DNA of 64,000 bases from Octopus vulgaris (GCA_951406725.2 OX597828.1:21762001-21826000), one strand, 5' to 3'. Numbered from the stretch's first letter, positions 31,571 to 48,040 are shown. Program-made: numbers and translations. Notes: generated from the letters alone by a model not told the origin.

Positions 31571-31831
31571 TGGGTAGATATATTTAGATATGTGTGTATG
31601 TGTATGTATATATGTATATCTATGTGTGTGTGTCTTTAGGTATCTTCTTGTCCCCAACCATCTCTTAACAACCGGTGTTGATGTGCTTACGTCCCCCGCA
31701 AGCTAGCGGTTCGGCAAAAGGCATTGAGTTCCATTCTCAAAGAAAAGGACCCTAGTTGATTCATTCTTATAAAATCCCATCAAGGCCGTGCTGTAGCATG
31801 ACCGCAATCTAATGACTGAAGTAAGTGAACG

Positions 31832-31864
<33 letters not shown>

Positions 31865-32109
31865 CGACGTAGAAAAATAGGAGAGACAGAGAGAGGGAGA
31901 TGGAATGAGAAGGAGAGAAAATGAGAGAGAGATAAAGAGAGTGTGTGTGTGATGAAGGGGAAATGAAATACACGATAAAAAACAAACATCATAGGGTGTG
32001 CGAGAATTTACATGAACATGCACATAAATACACACCTGCATATATATATATATATATACGTATACATACAGACATACATACATACATGCATACATACATG
32101 CATACATAC

Positions 32110-32160
<51 letters not shown>

Positions 32161-33051
32161 TGTGAGTGAGTGTGTGTGTGTGGAAACGAGCAGCAACGTG
32201 GTAGACTTGATAATTGGTAAGAGCTTTCTCGTACGTGAAACCATTGGTAGCCTTCTTACCCATCAGATAAAGAAAACTTATACACCAATGCAATGTTGAG
32301 CAGCAATTCTCACTGTTCGATTTTAATGTATGTAATTGTACAAATATAGATATATATCATACATATATGAAAAGACATTGCATTAATTTCCTTCACTGTA
32401 ATTGAATCTTTGATATTAAGGATAGGTCTCGCTTTCTAAAATGCCTAATTAATAAACTACAGGTTTAAACATGCTCACAATTTCTCATAAAAATAAAACA
32501 GTGCTGCGCATGCTTACAACCACGTAGAAATTACAACAACTCCGTAGCAGATATACAAATTAATATATGTGGACGCTTTTCATCTACCCCGTACCACTTA
32601 AATTCAAATTGAAATTTAGAATACTGTTTCTTACTGTCATCTCCTTTATACTAACGAACTTAGCCAGAGGGTGCCATGAATTTACACACAAACACCCCCC
32701 CCCCCGAACAGCCACACATGTCTATATAATAACATTTTATATATATTTATTGCGAAATTTTAATATTGTTACATTTAATATGTACACACACACACACACA
32801 CTCTCTCTCTCTCTCTCTCACACATACCCCCTCTCTCTCACACACAGCCTCTCACCCCCACACAAACACAACACCCACCCACTCACATGGATATATACAC
32901 ACGTACATATTTACATATACATACTTACATATACACAAACATACATACATAATGGTGGTGCCCCAGCATGGCCACAACTGGTGACCTGAAACTAGATAAA
33001 ATAAAATAAAATAGAAATAAAATAAATACACACACAGGCACACACACACAC

Positions 33052-33200
33052 ACATGGTGTGGTAAGATGCTTCCTTCCCATGGTTCCGGATTTAGTCCCA
33101 CTGCTTTGCATTCTGTGCAGGTGTCGTCTACTATATCCTCGCGCCGAACAAAGCCTTGTGAGTGGATTTAGTCGACGGAAATCGAAAGTTTCCCGTCGTA
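33052..33200 (+). mobile_element. SINE family A head/core
   Basis: GTGTGGTAAG...CATGGTTCCGG...AAAGCCTTGTGAGTGGATTT. Its tail may be 35230-35425, beyond the Tc1 insertion. Confidence 0.7.
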
Positions 33201-33240
33201 TACATACATACATACATACATACATACATACATACATACA

Positions 33241-33271
<31 letters not shown>

Positions 33272-33304
33272 CTATGTATATATATATATATTCAAAATGT
33301 GAAC

Positions 33305-33501
33305 GCGCGTGTACCATTGGCTATTTTTATCCTCCGTCCTCCCTTCTTTGGATCTTTCCTTTTCCTATATTTCTGACGAAGAGCTCCGCTCGAAACGTTA
33401 AACCCTTCTTCTTATCTTCTTTCCTGAGCGTCCAATAATACTATACTTGTTCCACGTCCTCGCGTTGTGTTTTCTCTTTTTGTTTTCATGTTTGGATTAA
33501 C
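33305..33501 (+). mobile_element. Short Penelope pLTR-like element with hammerhead motif
   Basis: TTT-CTGACGA-a-GAGC-tcc-GCTC-GAAAC-GTT-AAA at 33370-33402. It ends in a TA run and is related to 1248-1418 and 51804-51961. Confidence 0.7.
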
Positions 33502-33509
33502 TATATATA

Positions 33510-35219
33510 CACTTGCGTCAGAAATTAATTAGCACTTCTCAAATTTCTACATTTTCTTACATTTTCTTAACTTATTATCAGAAACGAACTCGTTTTTAAT
33601 CAAAAATTTATTAAAACATATCCCAGCATACCACATAATTGTTATTAATCGTGAAATTTAGTCAATATCTTGTTGCTCCTCCTTTGGCAGCAATGACAGC
33701 TGCTACGCGGGCCGGCATGCTGTCTATGAGTGCCTGCAGGTACTGTGCAGGGATGGCCCTCCATGCAGCAAGAAGTGCCCCAAACAGCTCGTGTCGGTTC
33801 CTGTATTGCTGCGCATTCAAATCCTTACCCAATCGACTCCAGAGGTTCTCAATAGGGTTCAGGTCAGGTGACTGGCCAGGCCAGTCCATGACCGTCAGCC
33901 CATGGTCCTTGAAGAAACCAGTTGTGAGCTTGCGCGTTGTCCTGCTGGAGCACGTACTCCTCGCCACCAAAGAGGTATCCTGCAGAGGGTAGGGCAGCAT
34001 TCCATACTATCTCAACGTACTTTGCTGCGTTGATGTTGCCTTCGACGGCATATAGCCGCCCAACACCACTGTAGCTGAACGCACCCCACACCATCAGACA
34101 ACCCCCACCATGCTTCATGGTGGGAGCAATGCAGTCTTTGTTGAAGCGCTCACCCCTGCGGCGTCGCACATGGACAGGCTTGTCACTGACGAGACTGAAT
34201 CGCGACTCGTCAGTGAACATCACTGTCCGCCACTGCTGCACGGTCCATGTCTTGTGGGCACGGGCCCAGAGCAGCCACCTCTTCCGGATTGGGGCTGTAA
34301 GGAGCTGCTTACAGGCGGCCCTACAGGATTTTAGACCAGCTTCCAGTAATCTGGTCTTGACGGAGGTTGTAGACAACTGCTTCCCTGTCACCTATTGCAT
34401 CTCCTCCGCCAGTTGCCGGCTCGTTGCCCTTCGGTTGTTCAGTGACTTTCGGATCAGCATCCGGTCCTCCCGCTGGGTCATCAGCCTCTTCCGTCCCCTA
34501 CCCTTTTTGTCAGCTGCTGATCCGGTTTTCTCGTATTTCTTAAATAAGCACTGAATTGTGCGCCTGGCTACACCAAGTTTTCTGGCTATTGCAGTCTCCG
34601 ACAGCTTCCCACACCACGAGAGAGCCTCGTACCGTCTCTCCAAGGTCATGCGAGGTCTTGGGCCCATCTAGGAATGAACGATAAAAACCAGTTATTTTCA
34701 TTAAAACTATTCATTTGAATAATGTTATGCTATAACAAAACTGCTATGAGTTATTATTCATTAAACCAAAAAGAAAGAAAGCAGAATTTCTCACCTTATT
34801 TGATTTATAACAGAAAGTTTTGTGAACCAGAAGTGACGTCACGAAGCAGAGTGTAGGAGAATTTGTGAGGAAAAAAAATCTTGCAAATACACAAATCAAT
34901 TAACCTACGAGCTGTTCAAAACGTCTTACGCGATGAGAAAACTTAGTACGGTGTGATTTCGGTCCTTGCGAGGCGCTACCTATATCTATTAAACAAAGGA
35001 AGATTTGTCTGCATCCGCACTCCAAGTTGTTGTTGCACTGCTATGTCAACATCATTAGGCTGTAGACTTTCAAACCGCTCTGCAAACAAAGTTACGTCAT
35101 CGTTCTGCGCAACAGTGAACTCGCAACAAAGCAATAGTTCGAGATATGGCCACTAGGTGACAGCACATACCTTGAGTGAAGAGCAAGTCAAGGGTGCTAA
35201 TTAATTTCTGACGGTAGTG
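33510..35219 (-). mobile_element. Tc1-family DNA transposon, full length (1710 bp)
   Basis: 26-bp TIRs CACT(TG/AC)CGTCAGAAATTAATTAGCAC, TA on both flanks, and an internal transposase. Confidence 0.95.
33662..34667 (-). pseudogene. Tc1 DD34E transposase with one nonsense codon and one frameshifting deletion
   Basis: HTH region, GRGRKR, VMFTDESRF, MVWGAF, QQDNA and SPDLNPIENLW. TAG at 34392-34394. A ~14-bp deletion after QQDNA would restore 34-residue D-E spacing if filled in. Confidence 0.93.
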
Positions 35220-35444
35220 TATATATGTTTGTATGTATTTGTTTTTGTTTCTTACCTCTCCACCATCGCTTTACAACCGATGTTGTTGTGTTTACGTCAC
35301 AGCAACTTAGCGGCTAGGCAAAATATGTCGGTAAAATAAATCCCGGGGTCGATTTGTTCGATTTGTTCCTGCATAGCTGCAGTTAAATGACTGAAAAAAG
35401 TAAAATAACAAAAGAATAGAAAAGAATATGTATATATATATATA

Positions 35445-35722
35445 TCTATAACATAAATTGGACATGGACGATTCACGTATTCTTTCTTGTCTTGAGGTTC
35501 ATAGCCAAACGGCTGGGTGGATTCGTGTGAAAAACGGCATACATATGGCGACGGGTGCATAGATTGGAATGCAGTTTTCCTACGCCCCACAGTTACCGAG
35601 AAAATCGATTTAGAAGACCCGAAATGATAAGGTTGAGAAACACTGTTATAGATTTTGCCTAACCGAAAACGATCACAACCACATCATCCAAACAGACCGG
35701 GTGAAACCGAGCTTAGCTGCTA

Positions 35723-35723
<1 letters not shown>
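35445..35723 (+). mobile_element. Short non-autonomous Helitron-like element
   Basis: Starts A|TC (TCTATAACATAAA) and ends with imperfect hairpin CCGGGTGAAACCGAG plus CTAG|T, with no TSD, inside (TA)n. Confidence 0.6.
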
Positions 35724-35795
<72 letters not shown>

Positions 35796-35955
35796 GGCTA
35801 GTGGTAACAAATGAGAGAAGAAGTGCAGCAGATACTAGAATTTAGATAATTAAATTTAGACTGCTGAAACCGAAGCTATAATCTAAAAGTTTCAAGAAAT
35901 GCTATCGTCTGAGTGTTCAGTCAGTTACTTTGTCTCTGACAGGAAACAGTATATA

Positions 35956-36055
35956 CACTTGCGTCAGAAATTAATTAGCACTTCTCAAATTTCTACATTT
36001 TCTTACATTTTCTTAACTTATTATCAGAAACGAACTCGTTTTTAATCAAAAATTT
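35956..36055. mobile_element. Isolated 100-bp copy of the Tc1 end including TIR
   Basis: Identical by eye to 33510-33609, preceded by TA but with a different flank. Confidence 0.9.
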
Positions 36056-36128
36056 GAAAAGGAAAAAAAAAAGAGGTGAGATAATTTGGTGTGTTCCTAC
36101 TTTTGCCGGCATGGAAAACGGACGTTAA

Positions 36129-36220
36129 ATGATGATTAGGATGATTGATGATGACCGTGATGATGATGATGATGATGATGATGATGAGGATGATGATGAT
36201 GATGAGGATGATGATGATAG

Positions 36221-36259
<39 letters not shown>

Positions 36260-36265
36260 CGGTGG

Positions 36266-36314
<49 letters not shown>

Positions 36315-36379
36315 GATGGTGATGATGATGGTGATGATGATGACGATGATGTTGATGATGATGGTGATGATGATGATGT

Positions 36380-36424
<45 letters not shown>

Positions 36425-36485
36425 CGATGATGATGGTGATGATGATGGTAATGATGATGATGACGACGACGACAACGACGACTGA
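36129..36485. repeat. Degenerate (GAT)n microsatellite
   Basis: Direct reading. Confidence 0.95.
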
Positions 36486-36699
36486 TCCGTCACACATCAG
36501 ACACTGTCAGCACAGTACCGTACACGAAAAGATGACTTAAACACGTAACCTTAACACTTATGTACTGACACATGATGTATGTAGTATTCAGTAAGTGTCT
36601 GCGTATTAATAGAAGCTGGACAGACTTTCGCCAAGTATTTTTGCCTGCAATGCACTTTAGCGAAGAATGCAGTTTATATTTTTTAAACTAAGTTGTGGG

Positions 36700-36750
<51 letters not shown>

Positions 36751-37228
36751 GGAGAGGTATACTATTGACAGTCCAATAATATATTTATATTGCAATATTG
36801 CATTAAACATTATAATATATCATAATATATATATAATATCATATATTATCATATATTATTATATATAATATATCATATATTATTATATATAATATATCAT
36901 ATATTATAATATATCATAAAATAATATTATATAACATAAACAATTATAAAAACCATAACATAAACAATTATAAAAACCTACAAATGATAGTTTCCTTATA
37001 TATAAAGTCATTTCAGGGTCATGGTTTAGAAAAAGACGAAAATGCGTGTGAAAGGAATAGTAAAAGTATTTTATTCAGAGTAATCAGAGTAATCTTCATA
37101 ATTTTATTGAATTAGGTGCATATTCTGCCGTAAAAGGAAAATGTTACTATTGATTTATTTTATTCAGGGTAGGCACCGCCTACCTTGCCTATCCAGTGTG
37201 AACGTTCCATATATATATATATATATAT

Positions 37229-37464
37229 TGCCTTTCGAAACACGTGTAGAATGAAATAAAACGATTTCTGTTCAATCTTCGTTCAGCTCCATTTCTTCAA
37301 TTCACCAATAATATTTTAATTTCAATTATCTGCACCAACGCACGGTTGCAACACCATATGGTTGTACCTCCAACCGTACTGTCTTCTGCTGTGATTTTTG
37401 CTACCAAGGTATCGGTTAAACTTTTGATTAATCTGCTACAAGATTATTCATCTTTCTATTTCAC

Positions 37465-37468
<4 letters not shown>
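37229..37468 (+). mobile_element. 3'-terminal 240 bp of the Naiad-like Penelope element, inserted in (TA)n
   Basis: Highly similar to 54950-55188, with (TA)n on both sides. Duplicated at 39178-39417. Confidence 0.88.
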
Positions 37469-37539
<71 letters not shown>

Positions 37540-37544
37540 GTATA

Positions 37545-37604
<60 letters not shown>

Positions 37605-37618
37605 TATATATATATATA

Positions 37619-39588
<1,970 letters not shown>

Positions 39589-39590
39589 TG

Positions 39591-39740
39591 GGCAATGGCC
39601 CAATGGTTAGGGCAGTGGACTCACGGTCGTAGAATCGCGGTTTCGATTCACAGACCGGGCGTTGTGCGTGTTTATTGAGCGGAAACACCTAAAAGCTTCA
39701 CGAGGGTCCGGCAGGGGGTGGTGGCAACCCCTGTTGTACT
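39591..39740 (+). mobile_element. SINE family B head
   Basis: TGGCCCAATGGTTAGGGCAG...GGTTTCGATTC...GACCGGGCG matches the 5' half of 12097-12401. Confidence 0.85.
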
Positions 39741-40362
39741 AGAAACGGCGGTGCATCACCATGGCCGCAGCTCTGAGCTGAACCTAGAAAAAAAATATAT
39801 ATCCGTTCATTAATCGGTGTGCATTCAACGCAATGATTAGTAAATTCACGAACCCGGTATGCTTTTGAATCTCAGCAATTCACAATAATGACTTTTATTA
39901 CTGTACTTCCTACCTCAGTTCATCTAATTGTATATATTTATCGTTACTTTTCATAAAAAGCCTTTACTTCTTTGATTTCCAATGTGCATTTTCGCTTAGT
40001 TTTCTTCTTCCTTTGCCCATACATTTCCACGTTAGTTTCTATATTATTTTTGTAACATATTTCTATTATATATATATATGTATATTATATATATATATAT
40101 ATGTATATATATATCTATACAATTTAAAAACAGGATAAAGCCTTTATGAGAATTTATCAAATAGTCAGCGAGGAAAACCTCAAAAGGGAAAACTTTTATT
40201 TATTATCCCATTTAAATCTGAATCTGTTTTTATGATGCTCGATTCGAGAGTTGCATTCCATCGCGTTCGATAAAATTGTGTTTATTATGGTAGTTTTGAT
40301 TTTAAGAGTCCTTCGTAGTGTGAGGCATTTATGTATAGTAATGCCCTTAATATAAATATTTG

Positions 40363-40413
<51 letters not shown>

Positions 40414-40656
40414 TTACATATAAGAGACCAAAGTGTATGTAAGCCGCTATACTTTTCTATATAAAAAATACAAAAATGGGACAAGAATGCAAAACATCCA
40501 AATAGACGATACAAAGAAAACAAGGACAGGTCATTCGGAGTTTCTCTTCCATATTATCTTTGCAATTTCGGCTGGTTATACTCGAGATTGGTCCTATATA
40601 TATATGTATATATATATATACGTATATATATATATATGTATATATTTATATGTATA

Positions 40657-40701
<45 letters not shown>

Positions 40702-42265
40702 ACACATATACATATATATACATATTTCATACATACAAACACATACACACGTATATGCACACATGCACACACACACACACATACACACACATAAATATAT
40801 TTGTGCTTGCCGAATGTGCGAAATTTTGTTCATTGATGGCTGCTCGATGTATGAATATTATGACGGTTCGTCTAAATAGTGGGTCGTGTCACTCTGCATT
40901 ATCGTTTCTAACAATTTGTGGCTATAAGAGAAATGTAGAAAACGTATGTTTGTTTGACTTTTAATGCGTATATGACTGACATTTGTGAATTGTGATTGTA
41001 GTTTGATGCGTCTCCATACATTATTGGAGAATTTTTGTATGTAAACAAGTATGAGTTAATGCACGTGTCTAGGTGGAAGTTCAGAAGAATGTAAGGGGTG
41101 GGATAGGGGCCCCCAAAAAAAACTAATTTAGTTGACTGCTGTGAAGGTTACACACTAAATTACTGTTGACTGCATTTTCTATTGATCGTAGAAACTTATT
41201 AAAACGGATAATTTGTTAAGAATTGCTTTTAAATTTTATGAAGAAATACATTTTTCTGCAACATAGGTTGACATGTTTCAGGAGCATCGGAATATGATCG
41301 CTCTCTTTGGAGAATTTTTCATTTGATGTCATCATTCTCTTCCAAATCTTCCTTTTCCAAATGCAACTGGCTAGCTTAATCGTAGTTCGCATATGAACAT
41401 ATTTAAAAAGAGTGAAATGAATAAAAGGGCTCCATCGGAACTTGCCTTCATTTCTACCTATGAAGTATTTATGCTCGGCTGGCTACTGTGGTATGTTTTA
41501 GATAACTGCAGCTTCATGAAAGATCGACTCAGCTTTGCAAGTCTGTTTTGATGGATAAAACTGATTTCAGCCTTTCTATATGAACAACCTTGTTTATATA
41601 GTTTGACCGGTTCAGGGTTTAAGATCTACAAGAGCTACAATATGAAGACATTGATTTATAATCTGAGCGAAGTGTGGGAGAAGTAGAGAAAGACGAAAGC
41701 AAAAGCGGAGTATGAAAGTGTCGGAATGTGCGTCATGGAAAAAAAGGAAGAAACATGAAGGAAACTGATATTCATTACAATCACACCCAGCACCATATAG
41801 ACCATAAAAATTGTTCATATATCAGTCACATAGATATCAGTATATTCATCTTTAACATACATGGTACACATATGAGGTTTGGAAAAAATATATTATTAAA
41901 TTTAACATTGATAGACAATCAGAATTCATATATCTATATATATATGTCTACATTTATCCGCTACATACACGAGTTTTAAATCTAAGAAACATGAAACTGG
42001 TGAGAGGCAGACAAATTATGTCCCTTGAGTATATCACTAAAATCACGAGAATAACCTTATATGAAAATATCTGTCAAATGTATGTTTGTATATTGCCAGC
42101 TCCCTAGGAGTTCTGCTCATGTTTTATATAAAACCTAAGTAATAATCAGTATTTCGAAGTACTGAATTGATACACATTTAACTCTGTTACCGTTATAGAA
42201 CTCTTTCTATTTGCTGAATCTGACTGATGTTCCCAGTACAGTGTAATTCTATCTATTTTTCTATC

Positions 42266-42382
<117 letters not shown>

Positions 42383-42459
42383 CCTACCTATCTATTTATA
42401 CAAGCTCAGCCAGTAATGCAGTCTGCAGTTAATAGATGAATAAACATATATAAAATTCA

Positions 42460-42780
42460 GAAGCGGATCCCTTTTCAAAATAAATGCAGATATGAACTAC
42501 AAAACGCAAAACCACAAATACTACATTACCTGCCCAAATTGCAAAGAAAATTACATTGGCGAAACAAATAATTCCCTCTGCTAACGATCAAGAATTCACA
42601 GGCAACATATCCGACAAGAAGAATTACGCAAAATTCCATTAAGTAAGCAGCTGGAAATATGCAGCGACGGAAAATTAAAATTTTTTTCCCTTTTACAAAT
42701 GTGCACGGGAAGATCCGCAATACCGAAAAGCTATGGGACTATGTTTGATCAAAATATCCTCTCCAAATTTGAATGTTTGA
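42460..42780 (+). mobile_element. Penelope-like GIY-YIG endonuclease fragment (decayed)
   Basis: KYYITCPNCKENYIGETNNSLC*RSRIHRQHI...PNLN: CxxC between the GIY and YIG motifs, with conserved R and H. Confidence 0.8.
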
Positions 42781-43076
42781 AAGAAAATCAGAGACAATAC
42801 GTTTTGTGTGATACTAATGTTCTCTAACGCAAAATATTGGAGTTGAAAGATGCGTAATCGAAGTTACACAGTATAAACATGGACATATTCCCAACCACAC
42901 ACGCACACACAAACGAACACACACGCACACACACACACACTTCATCAAGGAATCCTCCCTAAAATTGAATGTTTGGAGGTAAAATGGAGAATTTGAATTC
43001 TTTATTCCAAATGTGGATCATCTCTTCAAATGTTCAGACATATTTATGTGTAGCATTGGAATGATCTAGCTTCACG

Positions 43077-43123
<47 letters not shown>

Positions 43124-43132
43124 TTATACATA

Positions 43133-43174
<42 letters not shown>

Positions 43175-43569
43175 TTTTATTTTATTTACTGATTCAGTTT
43201 TCAAATTGTTAATTTTCAAATATATTACACTAATGTATTTTCATGCAGAACTACACTTTATCAGAAATTCCCTCCAAAAATGCGTGTTTGGAAGGGATAT
43301 ATTCTAAATATAACTCACAGAGGAGAAAAAGAAAGAAAGGAGGATAAAGGAAAGAAAAAGTAAAGAAAAAAGAGGGATAGAAAGAAAGCAAAAAGGTTTT
43401 CAGTCTTCTTTATAATTTTATTTTTACTTTTATTGAAAAGGTCGCCATCCTTAAACTCATTCCAATACAATGGTAGAAGAAAAACATAATAAAATAAATG
43501 AATGGGGAATAGGAAGGTGGATACCCCTTCTCTTTCTCTTACACTCTAGCCATCTGTGTATCTGTTTGA

Positions 43570-43705
<136 letters not shown>

Positions 43706-43987
43706 TTATTTATCAGCCTATCTACCTATCTATATTTCTATCCCTCCATCTCCAATTTTCTTGGAACCTCACCCAAAAAAGCAAAAACAATGTTCTCTTC
43801 TAACTTGCGCCCCCAATACAAAAAAAAAAGAACTTTTATATAAATGAAAAAGCTGTTTGTAAATTCACAAAATTGTATTTGACAAGTTCTAGAGAAGAAC
43901 GAAAGCGCTTATAATAACGAAGAAATAAAAAGATTTTGTTTCCAAAATTCTGCCGACTTTTTTTTACTTAATATATACATACATACT

Positions 43988-44084
<97 letters not shown>

Positions 44085-44647
44085 TTTTATTTTATTCTTT
44101 ATGTTTTATTCCGTTTTTCCATGTTTGCCCTTTCTGATATAAGCTTTTATTCCCTTTTCCAAGTAAAGGATATCATATTTCACTGATTCCATCGATCTAG
44201 GAAAATGTAAGCAAACACATGCGCGTACACATTCACACACGCTTACACATGATTTCAATTACGATCCTTTAATTTCTGATTATAATTCCTACCGATGTAA
44301 TCATTCCGTTTTAACATTTACAAGGTTGATAAAATAAAGTACAAGCCCTGTCAGTAAAGCTCAGCTGTCTGCTATCAATATGAAAGTGTTATTTCTCGTC
44401 TCTCTAGCAACAGTTGTGGCCTGTCTTGTGCCTATATTAGAAATCAATATTATAATTTATACAAATGCTTCTTCCATGATAACAAAACAGGAAGCAATAA
44501 ATTTCAGAGTAAAATTGTTAAAAAAAATTTAATATTTCGATTTCAAACATGAAATAATTTCAACGGGAAATGTGTATTAAGAATTCCCGAAATAGTTAGA
44601 AGCTAGTTTTTTTGTTTGATTTATTTGACTTCATCTTCGTTTAGTTT

Positions 44648-44669
44648 ATGATTATTATTATTGTTATTA

Positions 44670-44734
<65 letters not shown>

Positions 44735-44750
44735 GTTGTTGTTGTTGTTG

Positions 44751-44791
<41 letters not shown>

Positions 44792-44798
44792 GTTGTTG

Positions 44799-44839
<41 letters not shown>

Positions 44840-45184
44840 GTTGTTGTTGTTGCTGTTATTGTTTCTTTCTTTTCTTCGTATTCTTATTCTTATCACCTTA
44901 TCATTAATATTATTATTGTCGTAGTTTTTGTTTTTGTTGTTGTTGTTGTTATTATTATTATCATCATCATCATCAACATCATTATCATTATTATTTTCAT
45001 TATATTCTTATTGTTGTTGTTCTTCTTCTTCTTCCTTTTCTTCATCCTCCTCCTCCTCCACTTTTCTTCTTCTTCATCATCCTCTTCCTCCTCTTCTCCC
45101 TCTTCTTGTTGTTTTGTCATTGCTGCTGTGGTTCTGGTTTTTGTTGTTTTTGTTGTTGTTGTTGTTCTTCTTCTTCTACTTCCT

Positions 45185-45250
<66 letters not shown>

Positions 45251-45265
45251 GTTATTATTATTACT
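44648..45265. repeat. Compound (ATT/GTT/CTT/CAT)n microsatellite
   Basis: Direct reading. Confidence 0.95.
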
Positions 45266-45993
45266 GCTATTTTATATAATTTAGACATCATGCAGAACCA
45301 CTTTAAAAAATCTTAATAATTCTATTACAAATTGCAACAAACATTTAATAAAAAAAGTATTACATGAAAGCATTAGTAGTTAATGAATGAATTATTAAAG
45401 TAATATATATAAAAAAAATCAAACAAAAAAAAACAAAAAAACAAAAATGAAAACGAAACGGAACGAAAATGAAAAATGAAATATGCAAAATTATATTTTA
45501 ACTCACTGACCAATAATATTAGTAATTATTTTAAGAGAGCGAAAAAGTACACAATAAAAAATATACAAAAATAAATACGGCAAAAATAAATTAAAAGAAA
45601 CAAGTCCAATATTTTGCTAAAAATTAATAGAAATTATAAAGACGATTATATCAAAGGAATTATTATATCGTCATTAGTGTTTCATTAACACTCAACACAA
45701 CAAATTACAGAAGAAAAAAGTATTGTAAAAATATTATTCTTTATCGTGCCAACCATGGTGTATTTAGAGAGTTGCTTAGCCGGATAGAAGAAGCAGCCAA
45801 AATGTTTCTAATTTCAAAAATCTTATTCCGTACATCATAGAAATGAAAAGATAACTATGTAAAGAATAATATAATCTTGGATGCTTCCTTCGTTTTTGAC
45901 GTGTCCAGTTTTAAAAGAACGGTAGGGCGGTGATGTAAACGCTGTTTTCTTGGGCCCTTCATGTAGCCGATATATACATGCATATATACATGC

Positions 45994-46041
<48 letters not shown>

Positions 46042-46048
<7 letters not shown>

Positions 46049-46243
46049 ACAAGATAAGGGCAGAAGGAAAATTCTAATGCCAGTTACGCCGAAAACAAAA
46101 AAATGGCGATAACCATTAAATTTATGCGTCTCTTCTACCCTTATCTTGTAAATTATGTATAAATTTTACCTTTAAAAGCATTTTTTGATATGCTGGCCAT
46201 TGATAAAATATTTTTCCCGAAAAAATTTTATCCTATATCAATT
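46042..46243. mobile_element. Fold-back short insert between (TA)n tracts
   Basis: 25-bp arms (46042-46066 / 46132-46156, 1 mismatch), then a ~85-bp tail. Same layout as 9061-9403. Confidence 0.6.
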
Positions 46244-46276
46244 ATATATATATATATATATATGTGTGTGAGTGTG

Positions 46277-46338
<62 letters not shown>

Positions 46339-47198
46339 GAGAGAGAACGAGGAGTGTGATAGAGAGAATGTGTATTTTCTTAAAGTTCTTGAGGTGGCTA
46401 ATTTGGAGCTAGCGAGGAAGACAGGGATAAAGAAAGAGAAACGAGTGCAAGACACATGAACATAATGGATAGTGTAAGAAAGAAAGAGAAAGAGATAGAT
46501 AGACAGACAAACAGAGAGGGAGAAGTGGGAGGGAGAAAGAGAGAGAGAGAGAATAAAGAAATAAATATAGTGTTTGACGGACAGGGTATAAAAGTGGGGT
46601 GATGTATTCTTGAGCCTTTTCCCATAGATAAAAAGACAGAAACTGAGAGAGAAAGAGAGAAGGGGAGAGAGAGAGGGAGAGAGAGAGAGAGAGAAGGGTA
46701 ATAGAAAGTGAGTGTGAGTGAGAGGGAATGAGTGACAGAATAACAAAGAAAAATATGAGAGACGGAGGAAAGAAATAACCTAATTATTTAACTGATGTTT
46801 TATTTATCGACGCCGAAGGGACTTAAGGAGAGATTGAACTTAGGGCGCAAAGAACAATAACAGGCACTGCAAGGCATTCTGTTGTTAGATTATCATTTTT
46901 AATATAGGCCTAAGTTAAGGAATTTGGCTGAGGTCAATTGTTTATTGGAATCTCAACACTTGATTGGTATTTTTATTTTACTTTGTTGAATTCTATGAAA
47001 TGACAAAAAGTGCGTACGAAAGGCGGGATTTGAACTCAAAGTATAAAGCGCAACGTTCTAATGCTCTAATGACTATGGTTTACGTATGAACGCGTTGTAT
47101 CGGTCCAGTTATGTGGCTTTCCCCTAGGATGAACATCATTGACATACACGAGAGAAGACATCTATACATGGGCAACGGGCAGTCTTCCTTGCCTGCGT

Positions 47199-47270
<72 letters not shown>

Positions 47271-47456
47271 GTGGAAATAGCTAAAAAACCTTTTGGCTGC
47301 TATTTCTAAAAATTTCAGCATGTGGCAAAGTAATTTATTTTACTAAGCCCTAATTATATAATGTAATATTTTGAATACGCCTTAAATGGTCCTTTTACAT
47401 ACTGAACACTACTTGGTGAAACTAATTAATAACTAATTAATTTTACCCTCAATTCT

Positions 47457-47492
<36 letters not shown>

Positions 47493-47606
47493 GGACGCAT
47501 GGGCACCCTTGACCAATAGGGTCTTTATGATTAACACCACACGAATATTATGCCGTGTGGAAGCTACTTGAAAAGCTAACAAATTACACAGATCTGGCAG
47601 TAAATT

Positions 47607-48040
47607 CTATTCTACTCGAGGCACAAGGCCCGAAATTTTTGGGGAGGGGGACCAGTCGACGAGATTGACCACAGTACGCAACTGGTACTTATTTTATCGA
47701 GCCGCAAAGGATGAAAGGCAAAGTCGACATCGGCGGAATTTGAACACAGAACGTAAAGACAGACAACATACCTATTTCTTTACTACCCACAAGGGGCTAA
47801 ACACAGAGGAGATAAACAAGGACTGAAAAACGGATTAAGTCGATTAGATCGACCCCAGTGCGTAACTGGTTCTTCATTTATCGACGCTAAAAGTATATGA
47901 AAGGCAAAGTCGACCTCGGCGGAATTTGAACTCAGAACGTAGCGGCTGACGAAATTTGAAACTCAGAACGTAGCGGCTGACGAAATCTAGCTAAGCATTT
48001 CGCCTGGCATGTTAACGTTTCTGCCAGCTCGCCGCCTTAC
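47607..48040 (-). mobile_element. Dimeric Nin-domain SINE (family C) with 15-bp TSD
   Basis: Two GTCGACTTTGCCTTTCAT...CGATAAA...TACCAG-type blocks. TSD ATCTGGCAGTAAATT at 47592-47606 and 48041-48055. Confidence 0.88.

Noticed and set aside
36810-36980. Spaced short repeats as a CRISPR-like array
   Set aside because: It is a degenerate AT-rich minisatellite with no repeat-unique spacer pattern, in eukaryotic DNA.
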